Part shown: positions 13,801 to 47,422 of the stretch, one piece after another
How the letters are laid out: each line of letters starts with the position of its first letter
Numbering within the stretch: the first letter of the stretch is position 1
Source of the DNA: Octopus vulgaris
Lineage: Eukaryota
DNA: 64,000 nucleotides
NCBI GenBank assembly: GCA_951406725.2
Contig: OX597814.1
Coordinates: 14,694,001-14,758,000 of the forward strand
Reading direction: 5' to 3'
The notes under the pieces: generated by a model
The model's database searches: none
What the model was told of the DNA's origin: nothing
Seen by the model: only the letters and a program-made list of their open reading frames with translations
Made by a program: the position numbers and the translations under genes

Positions 13801-16562
13801 AGATGCCATTATTAACAATAACTAGTGGCGTGCCCTCAAAAGAGCCATTAAGTCTGAGTCAGATTTAGTAAAGAATTAGCAACTTAGAAGAACAGAGTAG
13901 AAAGGGACTTAGTTAAGGCCCTAAAAGGAGCATTGAGGACTGGCAGTGCATCCAAGGTGTTGGCCGCGAGATTGATGCTCAACCAACACCACGATGCTAA
14001 ACACGAAGGGTGCATTATCAGAGCTAGGCTTCGTGCAATTGGACGAGAGGGGATCAACGCTGCGAGAGGGGCCCGTTTCGTAGAGGCTCAACACGGCAAT
14101 GATACCAAAATAAGGTCTATGACGAACAAACACGGGCAATTGGTAAACGAACCAGAGATGTGCAAGGTTTTTTACGAGCATTTCGGCCAGCTTTTGTGGA
14201 TGGGCGATGGACCGGATCGCAAGATGGACCCTACGGATTTCCTCACCGGTTTGCCGCGTCTTTCGGGGCAGGAAGCGGAATGCTGTGAAAAGCTGATCAC
14301 AGCTGCGGAAGTAGAGGATGCTTTGTCGGATTCTCGTGGAGAGAGGTTATCGGGATTGGATGGTCTTCCCTACGAATTTCATTACAGCATGCCAGAATTA
14401 TTTGGGCACTTACGTTTTCACCAATTCGCAGCAGAATAGCTTCATGCCCAAACATGTGATCCGGGGAATGGTGACACTGCTAAGGAAGGACCCAGACAAA
14501 GGGGATCTAGTGAATAACTTTCGGCCCATCACACCGCTGAACGCAGAGTTGAAGATTTTGGCCAAGGTATTAGCAAAAACATTGGTGCGGGTCGTGGATG
14601 GACTCGTCAGGGAGACGCAAACTTGTGCTATCCCCAGCCGGTCCATACACGATATTCTCCATCTTATACGCTATACCTTAGAGCCGGTTAATAAGGTACC
14701 TGGCAAGAATGGGGCACTGGTCCATTTAGATCAAGCTAAAGCTTTCGATAGGATCGGTATCTGGTGACGGTTCTTGCGGCGGTCGCGTTGGGCCCGATCT
14801 TTCACAGTCGGATCATAGCGTTTTACAGCAACAACCACTCGATCAATCGGGTGAACGGTTTCTTTTCGGAACCGTTCTCTATCAAGCGCTCGGTTCGTCA
14901 AAGATGTCTGCTCTCCCCACTTCTGTATGTACTGGCTCTCAAGCCCTTTCTGCGAAAGTTGGAGTGTATGAGTGGCTTCTTGCGAGATCTAGGTTGCGGA
15001 AGATCAGTGACGGCGTACATGGATGACATCACCATCATTGTATCTGAGGCGAGACACCTACAGTGGGTAGGTGAAGCCGTTAAAGAATACGAGGCGGTGG
15101 CAGGAGCAATAATTAACCGGGAAAAGTCGGCCGGTTTGCAGCTCAGCACCTGGAGAGGCAAGTCGTTGCCGTTCAAGAGCATCGTGGGACGTTGGACAGA
15201 CAGTCTGGTGAACAAGCTAGGGATCTGGTTTGGGCCAGACCTCCAGTTAAAGAAAACTTGGAGCGAGATTCACGAGCAGGATAGCCCATCTAACCCAGAT
15301 CTGGTCCGGACGATGGCTATCCCTGAAAGGGATGGCAGAGGTTGCAAATGTGTTTATCGCATCTGTGATCACCTACCTCCTAACCGTCCTGTCTCGTCTC
15401 GATTCGTGGCTTAGCAAGTTGGAACGATTGTTCTTCCGCTTCGTGTGGACCTTTTGTAAGGTGCTCCATCTTTTGCCAACAACCGCTAAAGGGTGGGCTA
15501 AGGATACATTGGCTGATGATGCGCAAGCACGAGCTGAGACTAAGGCATCTTTGGCTTTACCTGGATGGTGAACGGGTGTGGGCTCCGTTCGTCAAACTGT
15601 TGTTTCCTAGGTTCACTAGTTTTAGTGAATTAGAACCATGGATCAAAAGTAGACCAAAGTTGGGTGCTTGGCAGACTGAGTGTCGTAAGGTACTCCTGCT
15701 CCTCTGCCGCACGGGCATGGGCGTTGCTGGTAGCATGGGTTTCACCTCGTCATTCTAAAAATGGTTGGTAGATGCCAAGTGTGATGACGCCCTGAGAGAA
15801 ACCCTCGGCTTTGACGATGGTCAACTAGCCAGCCTGTTCCAAAGGACATTCGGGTCGGGACCCTTGGACAACTTCCAGAGGTCCCTAACCTGGCAATGTT
15901 GCTAAGGAGCCTTACCAGTCCACGATAACTCGCAAGGCACGGAGCCTTATGCTAACCCGCCTGCCCAAGTTGTGGGCGGGAAGTGAAACTGTTCCACACG
16001 CATTTGTCAGTGTTCGAGGATTACAGAGCTGTGGGTTTACGTCGAACGACTGCTGTCACGCCTGGGAAGAGTACAGCTGTCGTCCGAGTTAGTTATAAAG
16101 ATTGTTCTCCCCACTCACTGAACAGAGGAGATAGAGTGTGATTTCTCGTAGGGGTCTCTATAGCGAAAAAGGCTATATATATGGAGGACACGAACGAAAG
16201 GTTTGGTGACAGGTATCTTCATCTCTTTGTTTTCCTTCTACGAAGGAAAATACAGTTAGAGTGGAGGTGTCGTCGGATATGTATGGTAAAAGATGGAAGC
16301 AAGTGGTATACATGTTGGGAATGAAAGATCCTGCGTGTGTGTAGGGCATAACGGGTAAACCAAAATGTCCAGTGGAGGAACGTGTTTTGCGGGGTCGTAA
16401 CAGTCCCCAACACTTCATTGTACTCTTGTATTGTTTGTTTTTCATTCGTCTTATTATCATAAATTCTTAATTCTTCATTTCTATGTATTTGCATACGCTT
16501 CCCGACCCCGTGTTCATGTTGTATCGTCCCCTCTATGTTTGGCCCTCGTGGCTTGAATAAAA
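10880..16562 (+). mobile_element. L1/Tx1-like non-LTR retrotransposon, near full length, pseudogenised (ORF1 + APE-RT ORF2)
   Basis: ORF1-like fragments at 10888-12640. APE start VGYLNVRGL...LDVIAATETRL (~13010-13120) and YSDHKLV. RT motifs NFRPITPLNAELKILAKVLA, DQAKAFDRI, SVRQRCLLSPLLY and YMDDIT. C-terminal CPSC knuckle (~15960). 3' end AATAAAA at ~16556. Confidence 0.9.
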
Positions 16563-16789
16563 TTAATTCGTAATTTGGATGCTGAGTTTGTCGTATTACA
16601 AGTTGCTGGTTATATTAATTGGTATTTTAATTGTTGAATTTGCTGTTTTTCCATTTGTCATGTATTTAAAAAAAAAACACTTGGTTTTACTGCGTTTGAC
16701 AGAATTGTGAACCTTTCTCCTCCTTGTGTGAAGGGGGAAATTATCATTGTTTTTGTGGCGTGTTTATACCCAAAATTATTAGTTGAAAA

Positions 16790-17480
16790 ATGAGTACTTC
16801 TTCTGGCGAGGAGACTATTACTGAACCAATTTTGATCATGCCTATTGAAAAAGAAATGCTGAAAAAAACAGAAATCGAACCAAGAAATAACAAAGTTACA
16901 AATTTTGCAGCGGCAGCTGATGTAAACAGGAAAGACTTGAATATCGACCAAAACAAACTCATCAAGTATAAAGGACTGATTCAAAGAGAATGGCGCGAGG
17001 TGAAAGAGGCTCCTCCCAGTGAAGTGATGCACAACGCGTCCGTTATACTATTGCATATAAATCGTTTATTATTAAGAGCAAGAAATTGGATATGGCGTCG
17101 AAAGACGCTGTGGAGATATGCCTGAAGCCGGTGTGGCAAGATGTCACCTACTTGCCCAGGTGCAAGAGATGTGCAACTATCAAGGTGAGGTTCAAAACTG
17201 AAGAAAAGGCCAGGCAACATTCCACGGCCTCCCTGAAATCTGCAGAGGTGGTCCTCCTACTCACATACCTTGGACGACGCACTTCCAGGATAAGAGTAAG
17301 AGAAAGAGAAATCCCTCCAAAGGTGGATGTTGCCTGGTTGGTGGCGGCACTTGTGATGGGCCTGAAAGATAAAATTTCCATCCTCCAGTCAACCAAAATA
17401 GAGCAACAAAACTGGCTAGGACAAGGGCTAGAGATATTGATACAAGCTGCCCCTGCTGACTTAGAGCAAATTGTGTAGAC
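16790..17480 (+). mobile_element. ORF1 fragment of a second, related L1/Tx1-like element
   Basis: NKVTNFAAAAD and ATIKVRFKTEEKARQHST...LLTYLGRRTSRIRV are homologous to 11770-12345. Confidence 0.8.
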
Positions 17481-18232
17481 TATACATTTAGTATACCTCT
17501 AATTCAATCACCTCTTATATTCGATTCCATATTTTCAATATCTTATACTTATCCACTTGTAATAAAGAAAATAGTCCTTGTTATTGCTTTGATATATACT
17601 ATGTAATCCTACTCACATGAACATTTATTTTAGTTATACGTTCATAGTAGAATGGTTTTATCCTGACCATCTTAATAGTATGCTTAGAAAATGTCTTAAT
17701 AGTTTTTCTTGTGTATTAAAGAATTCCATTATTAGATTTTAAGTTTAATTCCTATCACTCTTCTCTATAGTGATTTAAATTTTCTCAATTTAATATAATA
17801 AATTTGCTAAGTTATGAATCACTACCTCCTGTATCCCTCAATTCTAATTTCCACCCCTAAAACTTATCTCTTATCTCTTATTACTTATCTCTTTTGTTTT
17901 TCCTTATATTCCCCTTTATTTGATAAACAAAGTAATTAACGACCACCCCTATCCTTCCTTCTTCTAGTTACCATCTCTTCCCCATCAGTCATTCCTTTAC
18001 TAGCAGCTCTGCAACATATCCCTTTATGTAGATAAAGCTAGATATATGGTTCGAGTACAAGGAGGGTATAGAAGATTGTATGACATTAATTGATTTATCA
18101 CCATCAACTAGAATAAAGTTAACAACTCCCAATGGATTTTGGATATGGGAGACTTGTGCATTTAAACCATCTGGAGATTTCATCAAGTTGTTAACTTATC
18201 TCCATTCACTCAGCTTTCAAGTTTATACTTAA

Positions 18233-18440
18233 CAAGGCAACTAACTTATAGAATCATTAGCACGCCGGACAAAATGCGTAGCATCATTCGGTCCGTCTTT
18301 ACGTTCTCAGTTCAAATGCCGTCGAGGTTGATTTTACCTTTCATCCTTTCGGTGTCGATAAAATAAGTACTAGCCGCACACTGATGTCGATGTAATCGAC
18401 TAGCCCTCTCCTCTAAAATTTCAGGCCTTGTGCCTATAAT
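18233..18440 (+). mobile_element. SINE family B, diverged copy
   Basis: TTAGCACGCCGGACAAAATGCGTAG...CCTTTCATCCTTTCGGTGTCGATAAAATAAGTAC matches 39032-39254. Confidence 0.8.
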
Positions 18441-18784
18441 ACATATCTATATCCAGGCCTATTCCCTGCTTTTTTTGTTTTTTAGCATTCTTTTATCTTG
18501 ACCCCCACTATTTTCCGTCTGCTACTCTCTAAATTAGAGGCAGGATTAATAAGATATGAATTATTTTCTCAGCTCATTCTCCTATAGATATAACATAAGG
18601 AAACAACGTAATTATTTTAGTTTCTGTTATTGATGTAAATTTGTTGAAAATGGTTTATCCTTTATGTTTGAAATCTCTATTGTCATCTGCATCTGAAGAG
18701 AATATTTTCTTTTAAACTGATATAGTGTTTTCATTCATCAATTAAATGGAGCCACTTGCAACAGCCATAATGTATTTACAATCC

Positions 18785-18805
18785 TTCTCTCCCCCCTCTC
18801 TCTCA

Positions 18806-18850
<45 letters not shown>

Positions 18851-19102
18851 CACACACACACACACGCACATATATGTGTGTGTGTAAGTATATAGACATA
18901 CATATTGAGAGAGAGAAAGATACAGCAGAGAGAGAGAGAGAGAGAGAGAAAGAAAGAAAGAAAGAAGAAAGAAAGAAAAAAGAAAGAAAGAAAGAAAGAA
19001 AAAAGAAAGAAAAAAGAAAGAGAAAAGAAAGAAAAAAAGAAAGAAAGAAAGAGAAAAAAGGAAGAAAGAAAGAAAGAAAAAAAGAAAGAAAGAAAGAGAA
19101 AA

Positions 19103-19138
<36 letters not shown>

Positions 19139-19170
19139 AGGAAGGAAAGAAAGAAAGAAGGAAAGAATGA
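18785..19170. repeat. (CT)n/(TA)n/(CA)n followed by a (GA)n/(GAAA)n polypurine tract
   Basis: Directly visible. It explains the ERKK/FFLS pseudo-ORFs. Confidence 0.95.
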
Positions 19171-19617
19171 CAAAGAGAGTTACATTGTTGGATATCTAGA
19201 TACGCGGCAAAGATCATTTTTATGCAACCTATTCATACACCAGCTAAAAATATGTGTATGGCCGCTTACGAAATACACTTAATGTTGATAAGCTAATATG
19301 TGTATAAGAGAGCTCTGGGTTTTCCGATTTTCTGTATTATAGATACGACTGCTTTCAAATTACTTACAAGTTACAATTCACTCGAGCGTGACTTAAAATG
19401 TTAGCAAAGTAAGAAAGTAGATTAGGTACATTTTACTTTTCACTAAATACTGTTAGTAATAACAACATTTTCTTTTATCTATTTCATGTCACTACCTTAC
19501 TCATATTTTCCATAATAACAAACAACAAGCATTAAGTTAAGTTGCTCTGAAGTACATAAGATTTGAAATCTCTTTCTTACTATTTTATCTACGAAATTGT
19601 TGCTGAAGAACAAAACA

Positions 19618-40889
<21,272 letters not shown>

Positions 40890-40890
40890 G

Positions 40891-40896
40891 AATAAA
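40891..40896 (+). terminator. Candidate polyadenylation signal AATAAA
   Basis: The hexamer lies immediately after the stop codon; its use is not demonstrated. Confidence 0.4.
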
Positions 40897-40959
40897 ATTC
40901 AAAACTTAACATGAATTCATCAAAATACTTCTATAAGAGCCCAACAACAACAACTAATG

Positions 40960-41019
<60 letters not shown>

Positions 41020-41022
<3 letters not shown>

Positions 41023-41291
41023 GTGGAATCTGAAAACAGAAACAATTCCTATCATAGTAGGTGCATTAGGCATGATAAAAAAATATTCAGACAAATACAT
41101 AACAAAAACACCAGGACTTAGAAACACATATAACATACAGAAAATTGCACTACTAGGCACTGCACACATCCTACGCAGAACACTTTCCATACAATAACCA
41201 TCAGAGCATCACAACAAACCATAGCACATACCCAAGGCACACAGAGCTGCGCTCGGTAGTGAAGTGAAAGCACGCTATAAAAATAAAACTA

Positions 41292-41360
<69 letters not shown>
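41020..41360 (+). mobile_element. 3' end of an R4/Dong-like LINE embedded in (AAT)n
   Basis: MWNLKTETIPIIVGALGMIKK...IQKIALLGTAHILRRTLS, flanked on both sides by (AAT)n. Confidence 0.78.
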
Positions 41361-41362
<2 letters not shown>

Positions 41363-41483
41363 GAGACTGAAGTTACTCTCCACGAAGGTAAATATACTGT
41401 TAGAAACAATAAGAAAAATGCGACTGTTGTTGGTAAGAAATAGAGTCAATCTCTATTTATTACCAATAACAGTCGCGCTCTTT

Positions 41484-41523
<40 letters not shown>

Positions 41524-41556
41524 TTTTATAATATGATAATGACTTTAAAAATATAA

Positions 41557-41955
41557 TCTTTTATCTTTTACTTGTTTCAGTCATTAGATTGTGGCCACGC
41601 CGGGCACCACATTGAACAATTTTAGTCGAATGAATAGAGCTCAGTTCTTATTTATTTTTAGCCTGGTATTTTTTCTGATTCTTTCGGCGAACTGCTAAGT
41701 TATGAGGACGTAAGCACGCCAACACCGGTTGTCAAACTGTGGGTGGGAGAACAAACACAGACACAAGGACACATCCGTGGATATATATTATACGACAGCT
41801 TCTTTCCGTTTCCGACCACCAAATCCACTCACAAGGTTTTTGGTCGGCCCGAGGTTATAGAAGAAGACACATGCTCAAGGTGTCACATAGTAAGATTGAA
41901 CCCGGAACCATGTGGTTAGGAAGCAAACTTCTTACCACACTGCCACGCATGCGTC
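41557..41955 (-). mobile_element. SINE family A, older copy
   Basis: Diverged reverse complement of family A. Confidence 0.85.
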
Positions 41956-44119
41956 TAATAAACTTTTTGCCTGTCAGTTTTAAAATAATTTGTCACATCT
42001 GAGTAAGTACAAAAATCTTTTAAGCTATGTTATAATATCTATGTGAACTTTGAACCCTGCATTGTGGCAGGGCGTGTGAGATAATTGTACACCCAGTTTT
42101 GGTGACAGTTTTCTATGAGACAAGGTTCAATTGGATTCTGGAAGCTGTGATTGCCTATTTAGTTTCTGCATTTTGTGCTTTGTGTTAGACATTTGTGAAA
42201 TTATTTTATGCTCCAGTAATTCGCCAGAACTTTTTTGCTTGTCAGTTAAAAAATTTTCTGTATCATATCGAAATCCAACGTTCTACATTCCAAGGTTCGG
42301 AACCCAATGTTGAACAACGAATTGAAATACAAAGTTTATAACATTCCAAGGTTCGAAACTCAAGGTTTAACACCGAATTGATAGACAGATTTTATGAAGT
42401 CACGGTTCGAAATCCACTGTCGAAATCCGACGTTTGAAAACCGAATGTTTACAAAACTGGAAATCTGGATTTTATAAAACCCAACATTTTTGGAAAGCTA
42501 CTTTTGAAAAACCAAGATATGGAGTCCGAACTTCTGAACTGTGTATATATGTTACCCTTGTAACTTTTGACTGCACGTTTGGTGTAGCCTTGGCTGTTTG
42601 TATATATATTTGTTGTAAGCTGTTTTTATGTTGGTGATTAATAATAGGTTTACAAAGAAATCATGGTGTTGTGTTGTTTTAAATTCACCCATTCCACGTT
42701 AATTCTGTGAATTCGGATTATGGCCACCAGGTCGTAACATGGCGTACTTAATTAAGCAAAAGTCATCCTTTGCCGGGGCTCAGTGCACTACTACGTTACA
42801 AACTTCTGTTGCCAAACTTTTATTCAAACATACTAATGCTAAACTACGCCATTTGGAGTACTAACTTTTTAGTTCTTGCCAAGTCTAATGTTTAAAATTG
42901 CGCACCCAAATCTATTCTTAGACACTGTTCATTCTTAGACGGGAATCACTGCGTTTCCGCGTTGAAAAACACTTCAAGGTTTTGAAACCCACTTACTGAC
43001 TGCAGTACCGTAAATCCCTTGAAACTTCGACAATGAAAATACTGCGTTTTTGCTTACTGCATTCAAAGTGAGCCGAAGTCAGGGCGATATTTGAACTCAG
43101 TTAATGCAGTTAGCCCATGTACCAATTTACATTGCACTTAGCTCGATACACTGTGTATGGAATCAGCAAAAAATTGCAGTATTTATATGTTGACGTTTCA
43201 TGGGATTTCCGGTAGCTTCTCCCAATAATCAATTTTAGGTTAAACTCGGTGGTAAGACCGCTACTAAAACATTAATTACGACTGCTATGGTACCCATGTT
43301 ACACTCAAACGTCCTATAGCGGGGACAGGCCGCTTTCCGGCTTTCGATGGATGTCTTACCTTTCATTGCTATCTTATCCTTGAGGAGATCCTGGGCTATA
43401 TTATACTACAGAATTACGCATTTCACACCGCAGGTTACCGTTGACGGGTCAGCCACTTATTGCAGTTCGACCGTGATACGATCTCCATTGCATAATCCCC
43501 GCCTTCTCGTGACCTCGGCCAATTGGTTATCTCCTTATGCACGTGTTTTCGTGTGTCCCTCCGGGTTATTTGACTTACGAGATCGATTTCCCTGTTGCAA
43601 CGGCCCGTCCATTCGCTTCTACAAGCAAACAACCTTCTGGAAAACTTTCTTAGAAGTCCTCCTGGTTAAGACAGTGTTGTGAATCCCACATTTCAGAAAC
43701 ACATCCAACCATTCGATTACTCTGTCTTTCACCTACTTCCCTCACAGTAAGTTGGTCATAGCCACTATTCGGTTTTTGCTTACATACTACCCATACATGC
43801 ATCATGACAACTAATCAACATTCAATCACTCTCCCCATTTTAATGACGGTCGTACTTAACGATTGTTTAAACAGTCCATTCCCCAGAAATGCTCTCTTGT
43901 GAAATACACATTTGATGATTCACTCTCTATGTCTACATCTGATAAACCCAAATATAATCCTACACACCTTTGCAATGCTCACTACAACTTTGCATAATCG
44001 GATAGCGCCGGGCAGCACTGATACAGAGAGGTATACAACACGAGTGACTACATGGACGGATAAACACTTATTTGTCATAGACTTAGTGATGTCGGATTGC
44101 ATTGTCAACTCTAACCTTA

Positions 44120-44271
44120 ACCTAAATAAAACTCTATTAAAAGTTGGAGCGCCCAATTCATTTTTGCACTACCGATTGAGGTCCGGACTACTGTAATGTA
44201 GACTGAAACATAACCAGACCCTCTAAGTATTTACTACTTTGACCCGTGCAACGCCGGGTATTATTGCTAGT
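44120..44271 (+). mobile_element. Helitron 3' remnant
   Basis: LLKVGAP helicase remnant, then CCCGTGCAACGCCGGG hairpin and CTAG|T terminus. The left boundary is unknown. Confidence 0.55.
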
Positions 44272-44659
44272 ACACACACGCACACGCACACAGACACACA
44301 CACACATACACACACACACACACAGACGCACACACGCACACACACGCACGTATACACACGCACGCACACACATGCACACACATATATACTTATATGCCCA
44401 CAGATGCAAATTCACTTACAAGGCATTAGTTGGTACGGCACTATAGTAGAAAACCCTTGCTCAAGGTGACGCACAGTGGGACTAAACCCAAAGCCAGGTG
44501 ATTCCCAAAAGGGCTTCTCATGCCTGCAACTACGACTCTGTGTCCGTCCGTCCGTCCGTCCGTGTGCAGCTGAGTATTTTAGCGCAAATCTTGCTTCAAA
44601 CCTTTATGCGTAATTATAGTTGCTCCTCCACTATCTTATGCGTGCATCACTCTAAGATG

Positions 44660-45700
44660 TATAGGTGAAATAAACATCAGGGGTGCTCCGCCTCAAACAC
44701 AGACTGAAGCAGTTACTCAGAGATTTTGCAAGCTCTTCTAAACCCATTGCAATCCATTGCAACGCTGGTTACACTTCCATATCGTCAGCAGTTATCCCAG
44801 GGTCACAAGCGTTTCGCTTCTTATTCTGTATGCTTTGCACCAGTGGAGTACGAATGACTGAACGAGTCTTTGCCGGCCAACCTGAGTGCCTATATCCTAT
44901 GTGGCTTTCTTCAGCTGACTGGGTTCCAGCCCCATCATCTGTAGGAAATAGCGCACCGACCACGCTGAAAAGGCTCGGTAACCGACTTCAATAGGAAATT
45001 AAACTGGGTACCATCATTTTGGCAAGAACCTTGTCGACTAAGCCCTGATATTTAGTTTTCCTTAGCTGGTGGGAAATATAGAATTTGTCCTCCAAGAGTA
45101 CTGTGAGTTCGATTGCGAAGATTGCTTTCGTATTCTTTGAGAGCAGGAACATATTGGATCGGCGTGATGTTACCGCTGTCTCTTCTGGGAAGACGAATCT
45201 GTCCTTCAGGTTTAATAACATATTTCAGTCAGAAGCTGGATGCAAAATATAAAACGGATCCCCAGCCTTTGTTTTCTTCCTTGGAGCCATGTTGCCATAT
45301 CTTAGTAATCTGATACCGTTTAACTGTGGTGTTGGCTGGTATTTGTTCACCTTTAACCCTTTGCACATCAATCAACTAGGCGGTTTCTACAAGGACCTTG
45401 TCGTGTCTCCACTTGTAGCAGCCTTCAGCCGGTGCCCTAGTGCACTCGATCAAAATGTAGTTACACACCGGTTGCAGGATGAGTCTTCTTTTTCTGTGCC
45501 TCATATTTTAAGGTTATTTGGAGTTGGCAAGAGGTCAGTGATAGCACGTAGAATGAAGGAAGTCTTCCCAGAGTTCCTTCCAAGAAGGCGGATGCTCCAG
45601 TGCCTAGTCACTATATCCAATGTCCCTGGTGTGTAAACTCTACTCCCTTCACCCAGAGATCTTAGTCTATTGAACAACGAATCCTTTGGTAAAAAGGTAA
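44660..45700 (-). mobile_element. 3' fragment of a HERO/R2-group RLE non-LTR element
   Basis: SFILRAITDLLPTPNNLK...SCNRC..., then FAIELTVLLED...RKTKYQGLV (RLE motif). Confidence 0.72.
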
Positions 45701-46071
45701 ATAAGTCAAATATAGACAAACCACAACTGGTGAGTGGGTTTACCCCTTTCGTTACTGTATTTATTTTGAGATGCTCTGTGTTTCTTTCAATTACGGCTAC
45801 GCATTTCGCCCGGCCTGCTAACGTTTCTGCCAGCTCGCTTAGGTTAGAATATATATATATGTTACCAGATAACTGTGCATGCACGTATGTATGTGTTTGC
45901 GCAGGGGCACACATCTATATGTGATTGGGTCTGTGCGCGCGTGCGTGTAAATGAGTGTAAGGGAGAATAATAGTAGGTTTCTAGATCAAGAATTGTTTCC
46001 CCTGAACATTAAAATCAGTGAGGATGGTAATGATGGTGGTGATGGCAGTCGTAGATATCTGAAAAGTTCAC

Positions 46072-46243
46072 GTGTGGCTGTGTGGTAAGTAGCTTGCTTA
46101 CCAACCACATGGTTCCCGGTTCATTCCCACTGCGTTGCACCTTGGGCAAGTGTCTTCTACTATAACCTCCGGCCGACCAAAGCCTCCTGAGTGGATTTGG
46201 TAGACGGAAACTGAAGGAAGCCCGTCGCATATATGTATGTGTG

Positions 46244-46275
<32 letters not shown>

Positions 46276-46309
46276 TACACACACACATACATATATATAT
46301 ATATACACA

Positions 46310-46345
<36 letters not shown>

Positions 46346-46551
46346 TGCATGTATGTATGTATGTGTGTGTATATATTTGTGTGTCTGTGTTTGTTCCCCC
46401 AACATCGCTTGACAACCGATGGTGGTGCGTTTACGTCCCCGTAACTTAGCGGTTCGGCAAAAGTGACCGATAGAATAAGTAATAGGCTTTCAAAGAATAA
46501 GTCCTGGGGTCGATTTGCTCGACTAAAGGCGGTGCTCCAGCATGGCCGCAG
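46072..46551 (+). mobile_element. SINE family A
   Basis: Match to 505-958 with an expanded internal microsatellite. Confidence 0.9.
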
Positions 46552-47345
46552 TGTGTGATTTGTGTGTGTGTGTGTGTGTGTGTACGTGCGTGCGTGTGTG
46601 TATGTGTGTGTGTGCGTGTGTGTATTACACACAGATATACATTCACATAAATACATACAAATACTAGATAGACAGACAGACATGTTGGTAGGTAGGTAGG
46701 TAGGTAGGTAGGTTGGAAGGCCTGAATGAATGCATGTGTCCATATGAATAGAGGTCCGGGGTTTCTTTCGAATTGAGAAACATTGTGGCAATCAGGCAAA
46801 ATTAATCCACACAAAATTAATCCACACAAAATTTATTCACACAAATTTTTGCATATTCAAAATTGCTTACAGAGGCGTAGATATTTTGTAAACTCTACTA
46901 ACACTTTCTTTATATATTTATGTCCCGTGCTCTACAGGACATCAGCTCGTCCTTCAAATATTCCTGTAATGTTTCAGAGAAAGCTGCTAGCACCTCACTT
47001 GACGCTTCACAATGTCTTGAAGAAAAGAATACTGTATGGATCTTGCCACGACCCTTCTCACGGCGGAAAAATACCGATGGAAAAAGCCGTAGAGATAGAA
47101 CGGATTGCCCTTTGTATCTGAGAGTCCTTTTAACGATATTACCTGGAAAGAAGAAAGACAAAATCCACATTGGTAGGGTTTAGACTTAGAGAGGTGGAAC
47201 AAATAGTGCAAGACATTCCGTCGGACCTTCTAAAGAACCCACCAACTCATCACCATTTAACTACAATTAGACAGAAATAAAAATAAGAAATCATGCGACA
47301 AAATTTTAACTTAGCACATTACAGTTTTAGCGTGTATATATATAT

Positions 47346-47417
<72 letters not shown>

Positions 47418-47422
<5 letters not shown>

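Noticed and set aside
42280-42540. Short recurring GGTTCGAA/ACCCAA motifs resembling a CRISPR-like array
   Set aside because: Irregular, degenerate repeats without constant repeat/spacer lengths, in eukaryotic DNA with no cas genes.
42063-42739. Possible solo LTR (TG...CA followed by TGGCG)
   Set aside because: No TSD, no second LTR and no gag/pol sequence nearby.
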